A DNA stretch of 59,380 nt from assembly GCA_030141605.1 (NCBI GenBank), contig JAQGDQ010001148.1, positions 1 to 59,380 of the forward strand. Direction: 5' to 3'. This document shows, in pieces, positions 12,282 through 29,295 of this stretch. Below the pieces are notes generated by a model that was not told where the DNA came from, made no database searches, and saw nothing but the letters and a program-made list of their open reading frames with translations. The stretch's first letter is position 1; every line of letters starts with the position of its first letter. Origin of the DNA: Tubiluchus corallicola. Lineage: Eukaryota; Animalia; Priapulida. Made by a program: the position numbers and the translations under genes.

Positions 12282-12479
12282 CTGCAAAATAAAATTGCAC
12301 GTAAGTAATTATTGTAAAAAAAAATTTCTTTGCTTTATCTATAAAAACTCTTGAAGAAAACTGAGAAAAGAGCTGTTTTCCTTCACCGACTTACGTGCAG
12401 GCTCTAACTTTAAACAATTCATCAATAAAATATTTAAACATTAGCAATTAATACTTACAAATTGTTAGTTACCGTTCAA

Positions 12480-12747
12480 ATCATCATTATCATTATCATC
12501 ATCATCATCATCGTCGTCGTCGTCACCATTGTCATGATCTTCATCGTCAGCATCATGATCGTCGGCTGCAGTGGTGGCATCATCATCATCAATAGGTAAC
12601 GAACGAGGCAATAATGATGATGATGATGATGACGATGAAAATGAGGATGATTATGATGATGATTATGAGGATGAGGAACATGAGAGTGTCTTGATTACAT
12701 TAATACATTAAATTGATTACCGTTGTCATCGTCATCGTCATCATCAC
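12480..12747. repeat. Degenerate (ATC)n and (GAT)n tracts in alternating orientation
   Basis: TCA/TCG-rich 12480-12590, TGA-rich 12612-12680, TCA-rich 12720-12747. Confidence 0.8.
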
Positions 12748-13135
12748 CCTGCGATGTGATGAGACAAGACATGAAAACCAACGCCAGCAAATACAGGTAG
12801 CCATGATTTCCAAAATTGAATGTCAACATCTAGAAAGAAAGATTACGGAGGAAAATTCATTTTACAGTAGCAAGTGTATACAAAATATATCCACAATTCT
12901 AATTAAGCTGTGGGGAAAACACCTATGCCTAACTAGTAATTTGATGGGTGATTGTCATGAAGTGTTTGCTGTTTCAACTAAAACATACATGCCGCCTCTG
13001 ATCTGAAAGTCCACTTTATATGGCCTCCAAAACTTGTAAGGCTAGGACATTACTGCAATTCAGTACCTCATCTTAGAAGATCATCTTTATCAACGAACTA
13101 GATTTTTCGGTTTCTGCCAAAACGATTTATGTTAA

Positions 13136-13591
13136 AGGAAGACCGGACAATTGTTCCTTATATTTGAATAATTAGCTTAGAAAGTTAATTAAAGGTAACC
13201 GAACACAGCTATTGCTTACGTCAGAAACTAACCACAGTTATTGCAATGGTAGGCATCTTCCCTTGTGCGCCAAGCACTTTGCATAGGTGTTACAATACTG
13301 TTCAATGATGTCACGAAAATGAACTTTACATCATATGACGTCAGAAACTAACTCAGCAGTTCGTGATCAAAGTTATCACGGCACCGCCTTCTATTTGTCG
13401 GCGCAGCGAATGTGACAAAAAGACGCCGCTGGCAGTCTTAGTAGATTCACTGAGCCGCGCGTAGTTATTAGCTCCGAGGTAGTTATTATTTAATCTAAGC
13501 TTTGATTTAAAATAAGCTATTGTAGTTTTCTTCAATATTTTAGAGCAATCTTTATTGTGAACTCGTGTTTACACAATCATCCGGTTTTCCT
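13136..13591. mobile_element. Kolobok-like MITE, 456 bp, TTAA target
   Basis: TTAA|AGGAAGACCGGACAATTG ... CAATCATCCGGTTTTCCT|TTAA. TIRs match 15/18. RR...YY termini with a TTAA duplication are typical of Kolobok. Confidence 0.7.
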
Positions 13592-15799
13592 TTAAGTAGG
13601 CTTATTAAGAAGGCCTATGACTGAATGAAAAATACAACCTGCAATAATGTAGACAATAACAAAACTAGACTAGACCAGCAACACGTGCCACATACAAGAT
13701 AAGATGAGATCATATTATTCGTCTCCTGCAAGTTTAGGAGTTCATAGAAACATCTAGATATTTTTAAAATTTAGCAGAGAGAAAATGAAAGATATTTTGT
13801 GGTATCAATGCAGAAGGATACGTAAATAGTATGAAGAAAGAAAGAGAAAGACCACACGGCTAACTAAGTCAGCCACCCTTATTTTAGTGATTCTGTAGTT
13901 TTCAGAATAAACTGTTGATGGTGCAAAATTCCTTTGTTAAAATTCACCAAGTTGCTGAAAACTAGAATTAATAACAAAAGTAACAATGAGAAAATTGAAC
14001 AATATATATGTAAATATTGTGTCTGGCATTTGTAAATTAATATTTTATAACACTGAAGTACATTTATATGTTTTAAAATGTAATAAATAAATTTTAAACC
14101 TAAAAAAATTAACAAATGCAAAAGCAAAATAATTGAACTAATATATAATTATAGGTAAATAAAGTAGCATGATAATTACGGATATTAATACATGCGTGAA
14201 GCTTCAAAATTAATTTCAGTGTTTTTAATTGCGTTAACAATGAAACAACTTGAAATAACGACTGAATTGATTAAACAAAAAATGCATAACAAAGAGATAA
14301 GCAATCGTCTACGACTTATCAAACCCAAAAACTCATGGATTAATATTCAAAAGCAAATTACATAAAATATTCAATCAAAAAACGTTAAGCATGTACAGCA
14401 TTCTAGTTGAATAATACGATAAAAACTTACTGTTGTACTTTACTTTTTCGATGAGTGTACGACTTCTAGAACCTCACCACTACCGACTACCAATCACCAA
14501 ACTTGAATTCGCTCGAATCAGAAAAACGTCCACTGATTAACAGCCAATCATCAGACATCATAGAAATAGGTAAACTGGCAAAAGTATGGATTTGTATTGC
14601 ATTTGACTAATTGCAAGTTTTTATATTAGACATTTCAAAATCAGTTCATTGGTCTTAGCTGTGAGTAATGGATGAAATTAGCTAATACCACTAGGCAAAG
14701 TTGCCAAGGCACCAAATTCTAGAAAAACTTTTTCATTTTAAACCTTGGGATAAATAATAACCTTAGTGCATGTTTAACTGCTTAAGTGCATAACGTACAA
14801 ACGAATTTCATGCCACAATGTAGGCCAAGGCCTCGGTAACACGGAGTTGCCTTCCCGCAACAAAACACGTTACGTCATTTCAGGCAGGCGCTACTTACGC
14901 GTTACTTTGTTTTTGTATTATTGTAGTATTACTGTGGTATGTGAACGTTTGTAATACTTATGTAGTGTAGTATCTGTAATGTTTTATATTTGTGGTATTT
15001 ATTTAAAGCGATATACATACGATATATGGCCTACTACTTTACATCTAAACACAAATTATTGTGTATTGTTCGAATGTATAATTGTGCCATGTGTCTATGT
15101 GAACGTACATGTATTAATTCCGTCTATAATATGTATTATTTTATATGAGATTGTGCTTGTAAAAGTGTGCTCTAGTTTTTTTAGATAGGAGTATTTTACT
15201 GTAGCTAATATCTTTTTTACTTTATTACTTGTGTTTTCATGCACCCCTACTGCACTCGCAGTTTTAATTTTTTGCACCAGACGCGTTTGCCTATTAGCAG
15301 TGTAGCCCAGCATTCACTGAATGATATTTCACACTGTATAATGTATACTATCATTGCTTTAATTACAAATAAATATAAATATATATATATATATATATAT
15401 TTATGTGCATCGTTTGTATAGTTTACATAAAGCAACAGAGCAAAGTAACCGTTAATAGCAGCAAATCCTTCCGTTCATAAAAACGTTTCTTGAAATAGCA
15501 ATTATAAGTTTATAAGAGATGAACTTATAAGAAATCGAAGCCCTCGGGAGGTTAATACAGAAAGGAAACGAATTTAAAAGAGGTGGCTGACGCTAGACAG
15601 CAAAAAGGTTCAATAAAGTAAACTTAACAGACCAGAGTTATGATTGTCAAGCTACAATGTTGAAGTACATCAGTGAACCTCAAAAAGTAGTTTAGGTTTT
15701 AAAAAATTTCAGATGCAAAAGCTGAGAGAAAAACTGACCAAGAGTATGAATTGTACATTAAGAATGGGCAGCTGAAATTCAAATTGGGCTCTTAGAGAC

Positions 15800-17414
15800 C
15801 AAGGTTGGTACAAAAAATACCGTACTTAGTACCTTTACAAAATACCGTCCGTATTTCCGTGTCATACCTGCAAAATTGAATCGTACCGTACTAATACGAT
15901 AAAAATTAATATCGTACCGTAATTTCGTATCAAATTCTGTACCAAGTTCATGTTGGACATATTGTGAGAGTCATAAAAATTAATTGTAAACTCGATTAAT
16001 ATATCAATTCCATTCTATTTATGCACGATTTCATACCATTCAGTTTGAAATTCCGTACCAATTATTTTAGGCAACAAAGTTACATACTATGACGATATAA
16101 ATTTAGTTTAAGCTACTTTTTGTTTTATTAATAATTATTTGGCAGACACGACGACTGTGTAATTGTCTTAAATTACTTGCTCACTAGTGACAAACTTGTA
16201 ATGTTAATTCACATTTAATGTCTGACTTAAAACACCTGTAACCATAATTATAATCATAATACAACGCTATTTACTACTAGAAGTTATATGCAGCTTTTAT
16301 AGAAAAACGTAGAACGCACTTCAACTTAAGAAACAATCTAACATAAATCCGCCTTAAGCTTGATAACTTTACCTGCACGTAAATTGTTTATATGCATAAA
16401 AATACATGGTTATTAAATGCTGTGGCCACGCAGGTTAATAATGCCGGTGCGTCTCGAATTTCTTTTGCCGGCAAAGCAAACATTCAGCTAAGGTGAGATG
16501 CAGTTCATAAATCGTTGCTGTTTTGCACAGATCGGCAAAGTTCTAAACGTTCCTCGTTAAGGACATACATTTTGAAATGTTTTTGTTTCAAAAGAATCTA
16601 TATAACTTAAGATGTTCAGTATATTTCTACACAAAGCGTTAACAGTCAGAAATAGGAGTTAAAATATCGTTGTTACATGAATAGGCGTGAAACATGGGAA
16701 ACAAAAAATACCCGACGTTATTTACGGGAAATGACAACCTGGGGTTTGTAAACAACTGTCGGATTCTGCACCCAAATGTAGCAGCATAAGCTGTTTTGTT
16801 TTCGTGTGCTCAGCATTAATTAGGGAGAACAATAAGTCGCACTCATGAGCAGGGCCTATTTCAGCCTAGGCGAGGCCTGGGGAAGTGGGGCGTGTGAGGC
16901 CCCATCGGGGGTGGGGCGAATGTTTGGCACCCAGAAAATTTTTGAACTGCTAGAACGCCGGAGAAGCATTTTCGAAGAGAAAATATGGAGTTTTACAGTT
17001 GTTAAAGGAAAGAACTATTGAAAGAAAAACTGCTTTATTCTCAAGACCAGTCCTTAATACTTGTCAATACTGGCAAACAGCGTGCGTGCGGCAAGAGAGA
17101 GAGAGAAAGAGAGAGAGAGGAGACAGTATGTTTGCATAAAGCAAAAAATATTACCTTCTCGCGAGGCCCCCCTGGAGGGTGAGGCCCCGGGGAAGTATCC
17201 CCACTTACCCCCCTTGAAATAGGCCCTGCTCATGAGCATAACAGGTCGTCACGCTAAGTTGTTACAAGAAAAATAGTACGGAAAAGGTACAGAAAAGGTA
17301 CGAAAAGATACCATAATTTCTTGCCGTACCTTACTGCTGAAATTGTACCGTAATTTGGGACAAACTATACTTTTAAGAAATTTTATTTCGTACCGTACGG
17401 TATTCCCAGCCTTC
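15800..17414. mobile_element. Old non-autonomous hAT-like element hosting a nested MITE
   Basis: Near-identical 8-bp flanks TTAGAGAC (15792-15799) / CTAGAGAC (17415-17422), degenerate termini CAAGGTTGG ... CCAGCCTTC, and (T)ACCGTAC motifs clustered near both ends. Confidence 0.6.
16850..17228. mobile_element. hAT MITE, 379 bp
   Basis: Perfect 14-bp TIR CAGGGCCTATTTCA / TGAAATAGGCCCTG and perfect 8-bp TSD CTCATGAG (16842-16849, 17229-17236). Confidence 0.92.
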
Positions 17415-18560
17415 CTAGAGACCTGGGACAATGGAATCATAAATTCAATCAAAACAACTCTGAAACTTAACTAGTACCTTACAACACATGTATAAGGCAT
17501 CCGGGAACCATTATAATTGCATTATACATACAAAAAATCAATTTTGCCGGTTATTTTGCACAGTGGGTTGACATCATGGGAGAAAAGATTGCGGGGGGGG
17601 CACTAAGAATAATTTCACCCTAGGGTATGAAATACATAGAGTTAGCTGAACAATATATAATAATTAATCTGTTCTGATTGGTAAGAATATACATAGGATC
17701 GAATTTGAATAGACCTACTAATAAATAATAATATTGCTACATTTAAGTGACGCTGTTAATTTGCTATTGCATGTATACTATGCAGTAAAATATCTCAGTT
17801 TGCTTCTTTTGAATATATAAGACTTTCACTTCTCAGGCTTATGATATTTTAAATAAAATGGATAAGAGTTTAATAATGTCATAAGAAATTTCAACTGATA
17901 TAACATGAACGAGAAATGCACTACTAATGTTACAATAATGAACAGCAAAATAGCCAATAAAAGTCAATAATAATTCCTTCTTTCATCAACAAAGATGATT
18001 TTCCTCTTCTGCTGTCCCACGCCTCTTCTCTTTTTTAAAAGAAAAAGGACGGATTTCTAATTTTCAATGTTACTTACACGTCGCTTGCAGCAAGAGTTGC
18101 ATAGTTTACTAGTTTACTTCATAACTTTTTAAGATACTCTTTATTTTAAAATGCTTTGTTTTAACTGTGAACATATACGAATTTTGTGTTTTTTTCGGTT
18201 ACAAGTTCAGTTTAAAGTTTAATGTTCATTTATTTTTATATGGTAAAACCCACATAACTATACGCTTTAGCGCTGTACAGAGAAAAACACGTAAAACTAA
18301 TACTAGAATGGCGATTTTGAGCAGCTTGAAATAACACAAGCTTCACGTAGAAAACTAAAAAGTATTAAATAAAATATACAAGAACTTATTCCTTTGTTAA
18401 ATAGTTAATCAGTCCGTTAGAAAAAACAGTTCACTTCATGTTAAAATGTTTTATGATACGTTTTGTGAACATCAAAGTAAAAAATCTCCATATTTCAGTG
18501 CAATGATATTAATAAAATTCAATATGGTTATAGACAGACTTTTAAACTGTAGTCACTTAC

Positions 18561-18741
18561 ACGTTTGCATGAATGTTTCAACATTTTGACGAAACCGCCG
18601 CACTATTATAGCGGAAAAAATTCTACAAAACTTTTAAGATGTGCAGCTATTGCGGTGTAAAAGAAACAATATTATCACCACCATACTTACGATTGCAAGC
18701 TTGACCAGAACTTTGCACAAGATTTGCTGTTGGTTTGTTCA
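18561..18741 (-). CDS. Two candidate small exons (18741..18691, 18602..18561), possibly upstream exons of the collagen-like gene
   Basis: Both have AG acceptors and GTAAGT donors, lengths 51 and 42 nt, and the pair is open only in phase 1: xNKPTANLVQSSGQACN-LRRFRQNVETFMQT. Phase 1 matches the collagen exon. Confidence 0.4.
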
Positions 18742-19267
18742 CTAAAACAGTAATGACAATGACACTACATTCACGTGATATCTGTCTTTTTGACACCAAC
18801 GTGTCACGTGACTTACGTTAGTTACGTCGCAGAAAGAATGCCTATCGTTTAATTGTCACGAGAGGAGTACTGTTCCCAAGTAGGAATATTGTATTCTTTT
18901 CAAGAGTTATAACGTTATCTAAGTTATAAGATAAACGGTTAAACTTGAGACCTCAAAAATAGGTAATGTAAATTGGTAAAAATTATCAATATTTGGCAAA
19001 TAGATGTAACTACCCCATAACTGAATTTATTATCGACCGGTTTCGAATAAACAGTTCATTGTCAAGGCATCTAAAACAAAGAAATTTACCAGAATTTAGA
19101 ACAACACCGATATACAATTCAGTAGTTAGATAACCAAAATATGTATGATATGACGTCACAAACGAACATAATTTTCAACAGCAAAAATATTCCACTTGCA
19201 CGTGTTTGTGAAATAAAAAAATAATAAAAAATACAAGTACAGTATCACCGTAAGAGATTCAGTGTGT

Positions 19268-19630
19268 TTTAATAAAACTAGGCAAGCTTTCAGATATAAA
19301 TTCAGATTCTAAATTTACCGCTGTTCTCACGCATGAGCTGTCGAACGTATGCATAACGTGAGAAACGAACACATCTGAACAGAGAGGTACAGCACCTGTT
19401 TTTCTGCGCAACGCATTTTCGACGTGCAGGCGCAAGTGCCTGTCTAACTAGAAAACGGCGAAATGCACGTAAGAGCGAAGAACTATTGGCGCGAATGTAA
19501 AATTGTATTCGTGTGGTAATAATTCTTTCAAGTAAGTCATTTTTGAAAAAAATACTATTTTTCTTTTCATTATTTTAAAGGGTAGACTGTGTTGTCTTAC
19601 AGTTAAAGATTGTGCCCGGTTTTGCTTTAA
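19268..19630. mobile_element. Dispersed repeat, Kolobok-like, copy 1
   Basis: Aligns by eye over ~320 bp with 31874..32191. Ends CCCGGTTTTGCT|TTAA, resembling the TIR of the element at 13136. The left end is degenerate. Confidence 0.65.
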
Positions 19631-21177
19631 GTTTGGGGGTCTAGGTATCAATTGCTCGGCGTTTTACATGAGACAAAATAACTCCTCAATGCTACTGATA
19701 CCGGCGTAAAGCTGATTTACACCTACTAACTAATAGGTGATTTACACCTGCTAACAACTACATCCTACCTACAACTATCTAATAACAAATTCAAAGGTGT
19801 CACTCACCTCTGAATTTAATCGTTCTCCAAAGTGGCACACCCTCAAGGTAGGCAAACGCTCTAATAGTTTTTCAAAACATTTAAAAGCGAATGACATTTT
19901 TTTACCTTCAGGACAAACATGTAAGTTAAACCTGGCTAGGGCTGAATTGTTCAGCTCAAGAGAATGATACGCTTTACAAAGGATAAACTTGTAAGAGATA
20001 AACTACGTAAGAGTTGATTCAATGATGTGACAGACGTGAAAAGAATTCCAGGAGGCAGAATGATAACGTTTGGTGGCTTTGGACATTAGTGACTGTTGTA
20101 CGTTATCTGTTAAATGAGCCACATTTATGAAGAAAATAAACGTTGTCTTTTCACTCTACCCATTATCATTACTATGTAATGACTTTTCACACTCCATCAA
20201 TTCAGTTAATAATTACATTGTGTGAACAAGCATACTAACAAGTGTTCACACTAATGTCACCAAATTAACAAGTTTCAGATTCTTTGTTAGACTGAACTGC
20301 AAATATGTGTACATAGTACAGTACACTAATTAAACTCAAATGACATCACAAACTAATAACAAAAAACACAAACAACAGCAAATCATACAATCTACAACGG
20401 CACACATACAAAATTACCACCAAATGAAAAAAGTTTCTCAGGTGAGTCACTGGGAAAGATTCAGATTTCGGTCCCTACTCACTATCTTCAATCTTTCCCG
20501 GTGGGGACCCAGTCACATTGACAGCCCGACATTAGATGTACAAAGCACACACAGAACATCAACGTAAACCAACTGCAACGATGACAAAAATAGAGAAGCA
20601 GTTCCTACAACGTGACCACAAAGCGTATTTAAGTAATTTTAGATATTCATAAGTACGCTTATATAAGAATTTTTAGTTCAGTATCGCTGATTTATAGCTT
20701 GCTAATGACCAGGAATTAAGTTTGTGGAATTTTCATTTCTAACCGGCGATATACTACATTATTTCAGTGAAATTTCGGACAAACACTAACATTTATCGGA
20801 CGAAGTACACTTCACTTGTAAGTTATAGCAATTTTGTGCAAACATAGCGAAATGTTATTGAATGGGATAGGTATGAGTAATTAATTTCTGTTTTGCATGT
20901 TAGTGGGCACATCTAGCAGCATTCTGTCGAACAGCACCTCTTGTAGTTCAGCCACTGCTGTCAGGTTTTAGCAGAAAAAGACTCAAATTATTGCTGTTCC
21001 TTTGCCTTTGAATAGGGAGAATCACTAGAAATATACATTTGTACAAAAAGTACCCTAACTAGAGCAAGCCTGAGGCTCAAATGTGTAGTAAGGATTTATC
21101 TGAAATGTTTTTGTAGGTCACAATAGACAATTATAACTATCATTGCAAAATGTCCAAACAAAATTTTACTCATTCCT

Positions 21178-21526
21178 TAGCAACTGTTTGTAGCGTGTTG
21201 GTAATTTTGTCATTTTTAACAACTGTTTGTAGCGTGTTGGTAATTTTTTCATTTTTAACAACTGTTTGTAGCGTGTTAGGAATTTTACTTATTCTTTAAC
21301 AACTGTTTGTAACTTGTTGGTAATTTTGTCATTTTTTAAAAACTGCTTGTAGGGCGTTCGTAATTTTGGTAATTCCTTAACAACTGTTTGTAGCGTGTTG
21401 GTAATTTTTTGACATTTTTAACAACTGTTTGTAGCGTGTTGGTTATTTTTGACATTTTTAATAACTGTTTGTAGCGTGTTGGTAATTTTGTTATTTTTTA
21501 GCAATTGTTTATAGCGTTTTGGTAAA
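21178..21526. repeat. ~40-bp minisatellite, 8-9 diverged copies
   Basis: Unit approximately AACAACTGTTTGTAGCGTGTTGGTAATTTTGTCATTTTT. Confidence 0.9.
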
Positions 21527-23240
21527 TTATTCTGCCACACAGTTTGCTGCCAAACTTTAAGTTCGCTGTGTAAGTTATGTCAAAGAGCTAAACAAACAGC
21601 AAGTACAGTATAACTTTTCTTACACTGATCTTGCACACGTGGTCAGCGTATTTACATTTATCATTGGGCGAGTTACATTCGTTCAGTGACGATCCCTTTG
21701 TAACTAATTTATAGTTTATTCAAGTTTATATACTAACTGTTATCATTTTGCTTTAATACGGGTAGTTCATAGGTTTAGTAATTATTAAAAAGATAAAAAA
21801 GTTTGCTTTGTTTGGCCTGAAATATTATAAGACAATTGTAACATGTTAAATGTGACTAAAAGCTGTACGTGTATGTATTAGAAGCGAATAAGTCGACCAG
21901 CATTTATAAAACACAACACGTTCCAGTCTTGTCTGCTGCTGCTTTTACTCATTCAGTTTTATTATAATTTTGCTCTCGTGATTTGTTAAGATTGGCGCCG
22001 CCCAGCGTGTGTTAACGTAAGACGAAACGTGTGCCTTTAAACTGCTTTCATCTATTCACGAGTCAAGTGAAATGTTTAGTTGCTAATTTTGTTAATAATT
22101 ATCTATTGTGTTGCTACCTTTGTGTTGTTCAGAGAAATATACATGAGTCGATTGATTTGAGTCCAATCGTTTGTGTCTGGAAGGTATAGTTGCATAAACT
22201 TAAATGTGTGATTGCCAACATTTCCATTTTGAACTAGTTAATAACGTTGGTTTGAATGTGTCGCTTTTGGAAGACTGAATAATGAATGTTGACTGGTGTA
22301 ATGTCGACCATCCAGTTTTTATACACTCAAATTAGGTCATGTGACCTAGAATGACTTTTTATAGAATATATAAAATATCTATATATTTAATTATTTATAA
22401 AATATCAATGCAAATAAAGGTAAATCGTTGAAAAACATATGAATGTGGTCGTTCATTGCCCAAATATAGCCTACATGCTGTAAATTAGTGTCTTATTGCT
22501 GGAATAATATGCTAAATTTTTGAGTCTTTCTGAGTCACACGTACATGTATTGTCACGTACTCTACATGACTAGACGTTAGGCCTATAATCATATCTTTGT
22601 TACAAATAGCTATAGATTATTCGTGACCAGTATTCATTTACTTGGTTTTTTAGTAGTCTCACAGCTTTTGCATGGTGTCTGCTGGGTTAAGATTTTTAAA
22701 TTTTGTGGGCGGAGATTTACTCGCGCTATTTAAACTTTAGGAAAGCTGTGTAGCGACAGAGTGGTTGTTTCGGAATAGTCCATTGGTTTGTAGTTGAAAA
22801 GATCGTGTGCATGTCGGTTTGAGTGGTTCACTGTGTTCATGTTTTAATGTGAATAAATGCCTAAAATGTGACCAGTCTTTCGCCTGTCATGAATCCTGGC
22901 ATTTTGAATTTCTGCAAACATTTTTGTAAGATTTTCTTTCGATATAAAGATTTTCCCAAACGCCTGGCCACTTCTGGAGATCTCCTGTTTCTACTCGATT
23001 TAGTTTTTTTCTTGTGCCCAAAAACTAATTGTGAAAAGACTTTATAGTGGATCTCGATGTGCAATCAACTGACGAAAAAATAAACTCTACAATCAGCAAT
23101 GCGTTTAAATCATTTATTATTAATCATCCAAAATTTAATACCAGCAAACAAAGTGTAAGATAATTATTATATATTATAGCTTATGTTATGGATCGTTGAC
23201 AATCCAGTTGTTGCTCAACTGTCACTTTCCACTGCGTGTT

Positions 23241-27443
<4,203 letters not shown>

Positions 27444-27496
27444 GTTGATGATCGTTCTAGAGAACTCGAGTGGTTTGAACGCAGTAACAGTAGCTG

Positions 27497-27504
27497 CTTA
27501 TAAA
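27497..27504 (-). promoter_or_regulatory. TATA-like box of protease A
   Basis: TTTATAAG on - about 55 nt upstream of the ATG, with GATAA motifs further upstream (near 27518 and 27571). Confidence 0.45.
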
Positions 27505-27620
27505 GGAAATTTGGGCTGATAAACGTGTGAAATGAGCAGGTTTTTGCAAACATTGACATCACGACTCCTAGATAAAATCACATTATATCTTTCTGTTGGC
27601 CTAATTGACATGATTTATTG

Positions 27621-28171
27621 ATGTAGTAACCGCTGGCTTTTTAAATGATGCCTTGTATTTTTTAATTCTGTATATAATTTCATTATATTATTTTGTAAAT
27701 TTTCGTTTCACTTTAAATAGTCCATGACTTAGCATTTCTTAGTTTTTTTGCTGTCAATTTTAACTTTTATGTGACGTTTTTACGTACTGAAATAAACTTT
27801 AAATAAAACAAAAAACTAATCAAAACAAAACAAGAGATAAACAGTAGCATCTGTTCTTATACTCGCTTGTTAGCTACTTAATTAGTAAATAGCTTAGTAT
27901 TAAGAATATCGATTTAGATGTAAATTAGGCCTACACGCTTCATCGATAGCATAAAACATTATTTGCAAAAGTGTGCAAAGCCGACCATTTTGCTTTATTT
28001 TATTTTATTTATTTATTTATTTATTTATTTAAAGTTTATTTCAAATACTAAAAATGCTAAATTTCATGCACTATTAAAAGAGCTACGAAAATTTACAAAA
28101 AAGTATAACAAAAAATATATACAGAAATTAAAAATACAAGGCATCAGGTAAAAAACCAGCGGTTACTACAT
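27621..28171. repeat. Long imperfect inverted repeat, arms ~27621-27810 and ~27995-28171
   Basis: ATGTAGTAACCGCTGG...GATGCCTTGTATTTTT...TCTGTATATA...GAAATAAACTTTAAATAAA on the left is mirrored by TTTATTTAAAGTTTATTTC...TATATACAGAAATTAAAAATACAAGGCATC...CCAGCGGTTACTACAT on the right. Confidence 0.85.
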
Positions 28172-29295
28172 ATTATTCGGAATAAAATGCCTTAGAAAGT
28201 TACAAGGTCAAACAAAGTAACTGGCCTGAGAATTTCACCAACTGCTAAAAAAATTATCAGAGTGATAGAATTGTGACGTGTGTAATAAAGCGAACGTTTT
28301 TGAACACGTGTTTTTATCTTGTCTTAGTCACAAATTCAACCACCTGGTTCTTTCACACCACTAAAAACACGTTTTTGCTTCTCACACACTTTTGCACCGA
28401 TGCACCAACAACATTTTTTATTAAAAGTACATTTTTGATTTACTCAATTTCTACTTTTATTCACTTATTTATATTTAGTTGTTTTAGTAATTTGCAGCAC
28501 TCGTAGGCGCACACGTGGTGTTTATTTTGATGCCTGTTACTCAAACCTAAAGCTCGTGCGCACATGTTGCCAAGGTAGGCTACTTAAAAGCGAGAATGTG
28601 AACATGGCTTAATATAATTAAGACTAGACTTCACAGCTTCTGCCCATGGCTGTGCCTTTTTGTTTCTTTAATAAAACGAGCAGGCACAAGACAGATATTT
28701 AAAGGAAAAACCAACACTCGAACAGTATACGTTGTATTTTGATATACACTTTACCTCATCTTATATTTGCATAAAATGCTTTGCTTGAAATGCAAAAGAA
28801 ATTTAAATAGTAGGTATATTGGAAAAAAATGACGTAAGCTGGTGGATAGCAGGTAGGCTATCAAAACTTGTTTAGTTCATTCAGAAATTCTGCTGATCAA
28901 ATCTTTGAGTTTAACTATATTCATGTGAAATTAGTCTGCGAATCAACTAGGAATAACTAATGATCTGCTTATAATAATCTGCTGATAAGTACATCTGATA
29001 ATTACATAATAGGTTAAAATCTCAATTAATGGAGTCAGCCCTACTACTTTTATATCATTACTGAACAAAATTGTAGCAGCACAAAAATTCCACAATCGCA
29101 TTTGCAAAGCGAAAATTAGAGTACAGTGCTAGTATACAATATCCAGTGTGATATACAAATAGTCGGCAAATTCTAAGTTTAAAAATCAAATTTCAAGTTT
29201 GCTGCTGTGAACATGACTATTGAACGTGAATATTATAACCTGCTTAGGTTACGTAACATTTGTGAATGTTCTTACGAACGAATAAAACAGTTCAT

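Noticed and set aside
11208-12308. ORFs on + (11225, 11238, 11757) and in other - frames overlapping the collagen exon
   Set aside because: Shadows of the GGN-CCN-TCN codon periodicity; only the Gly-X-Y frame has matching splice sites.
14901-15449. Short inverted ends GTTACTTTG / CAAAGTAAC around an AT-rich segment with a (TA)n run
   Set aside because: Only a 9-bp match with no clear TSD; cannot be told from chance without other copies.
18078-18108. Candidate exon with a GTAAGT donor on -
   Set aside because: No acceptor gives an open frame compatible with the neighbouring phase-1 exon candidates.
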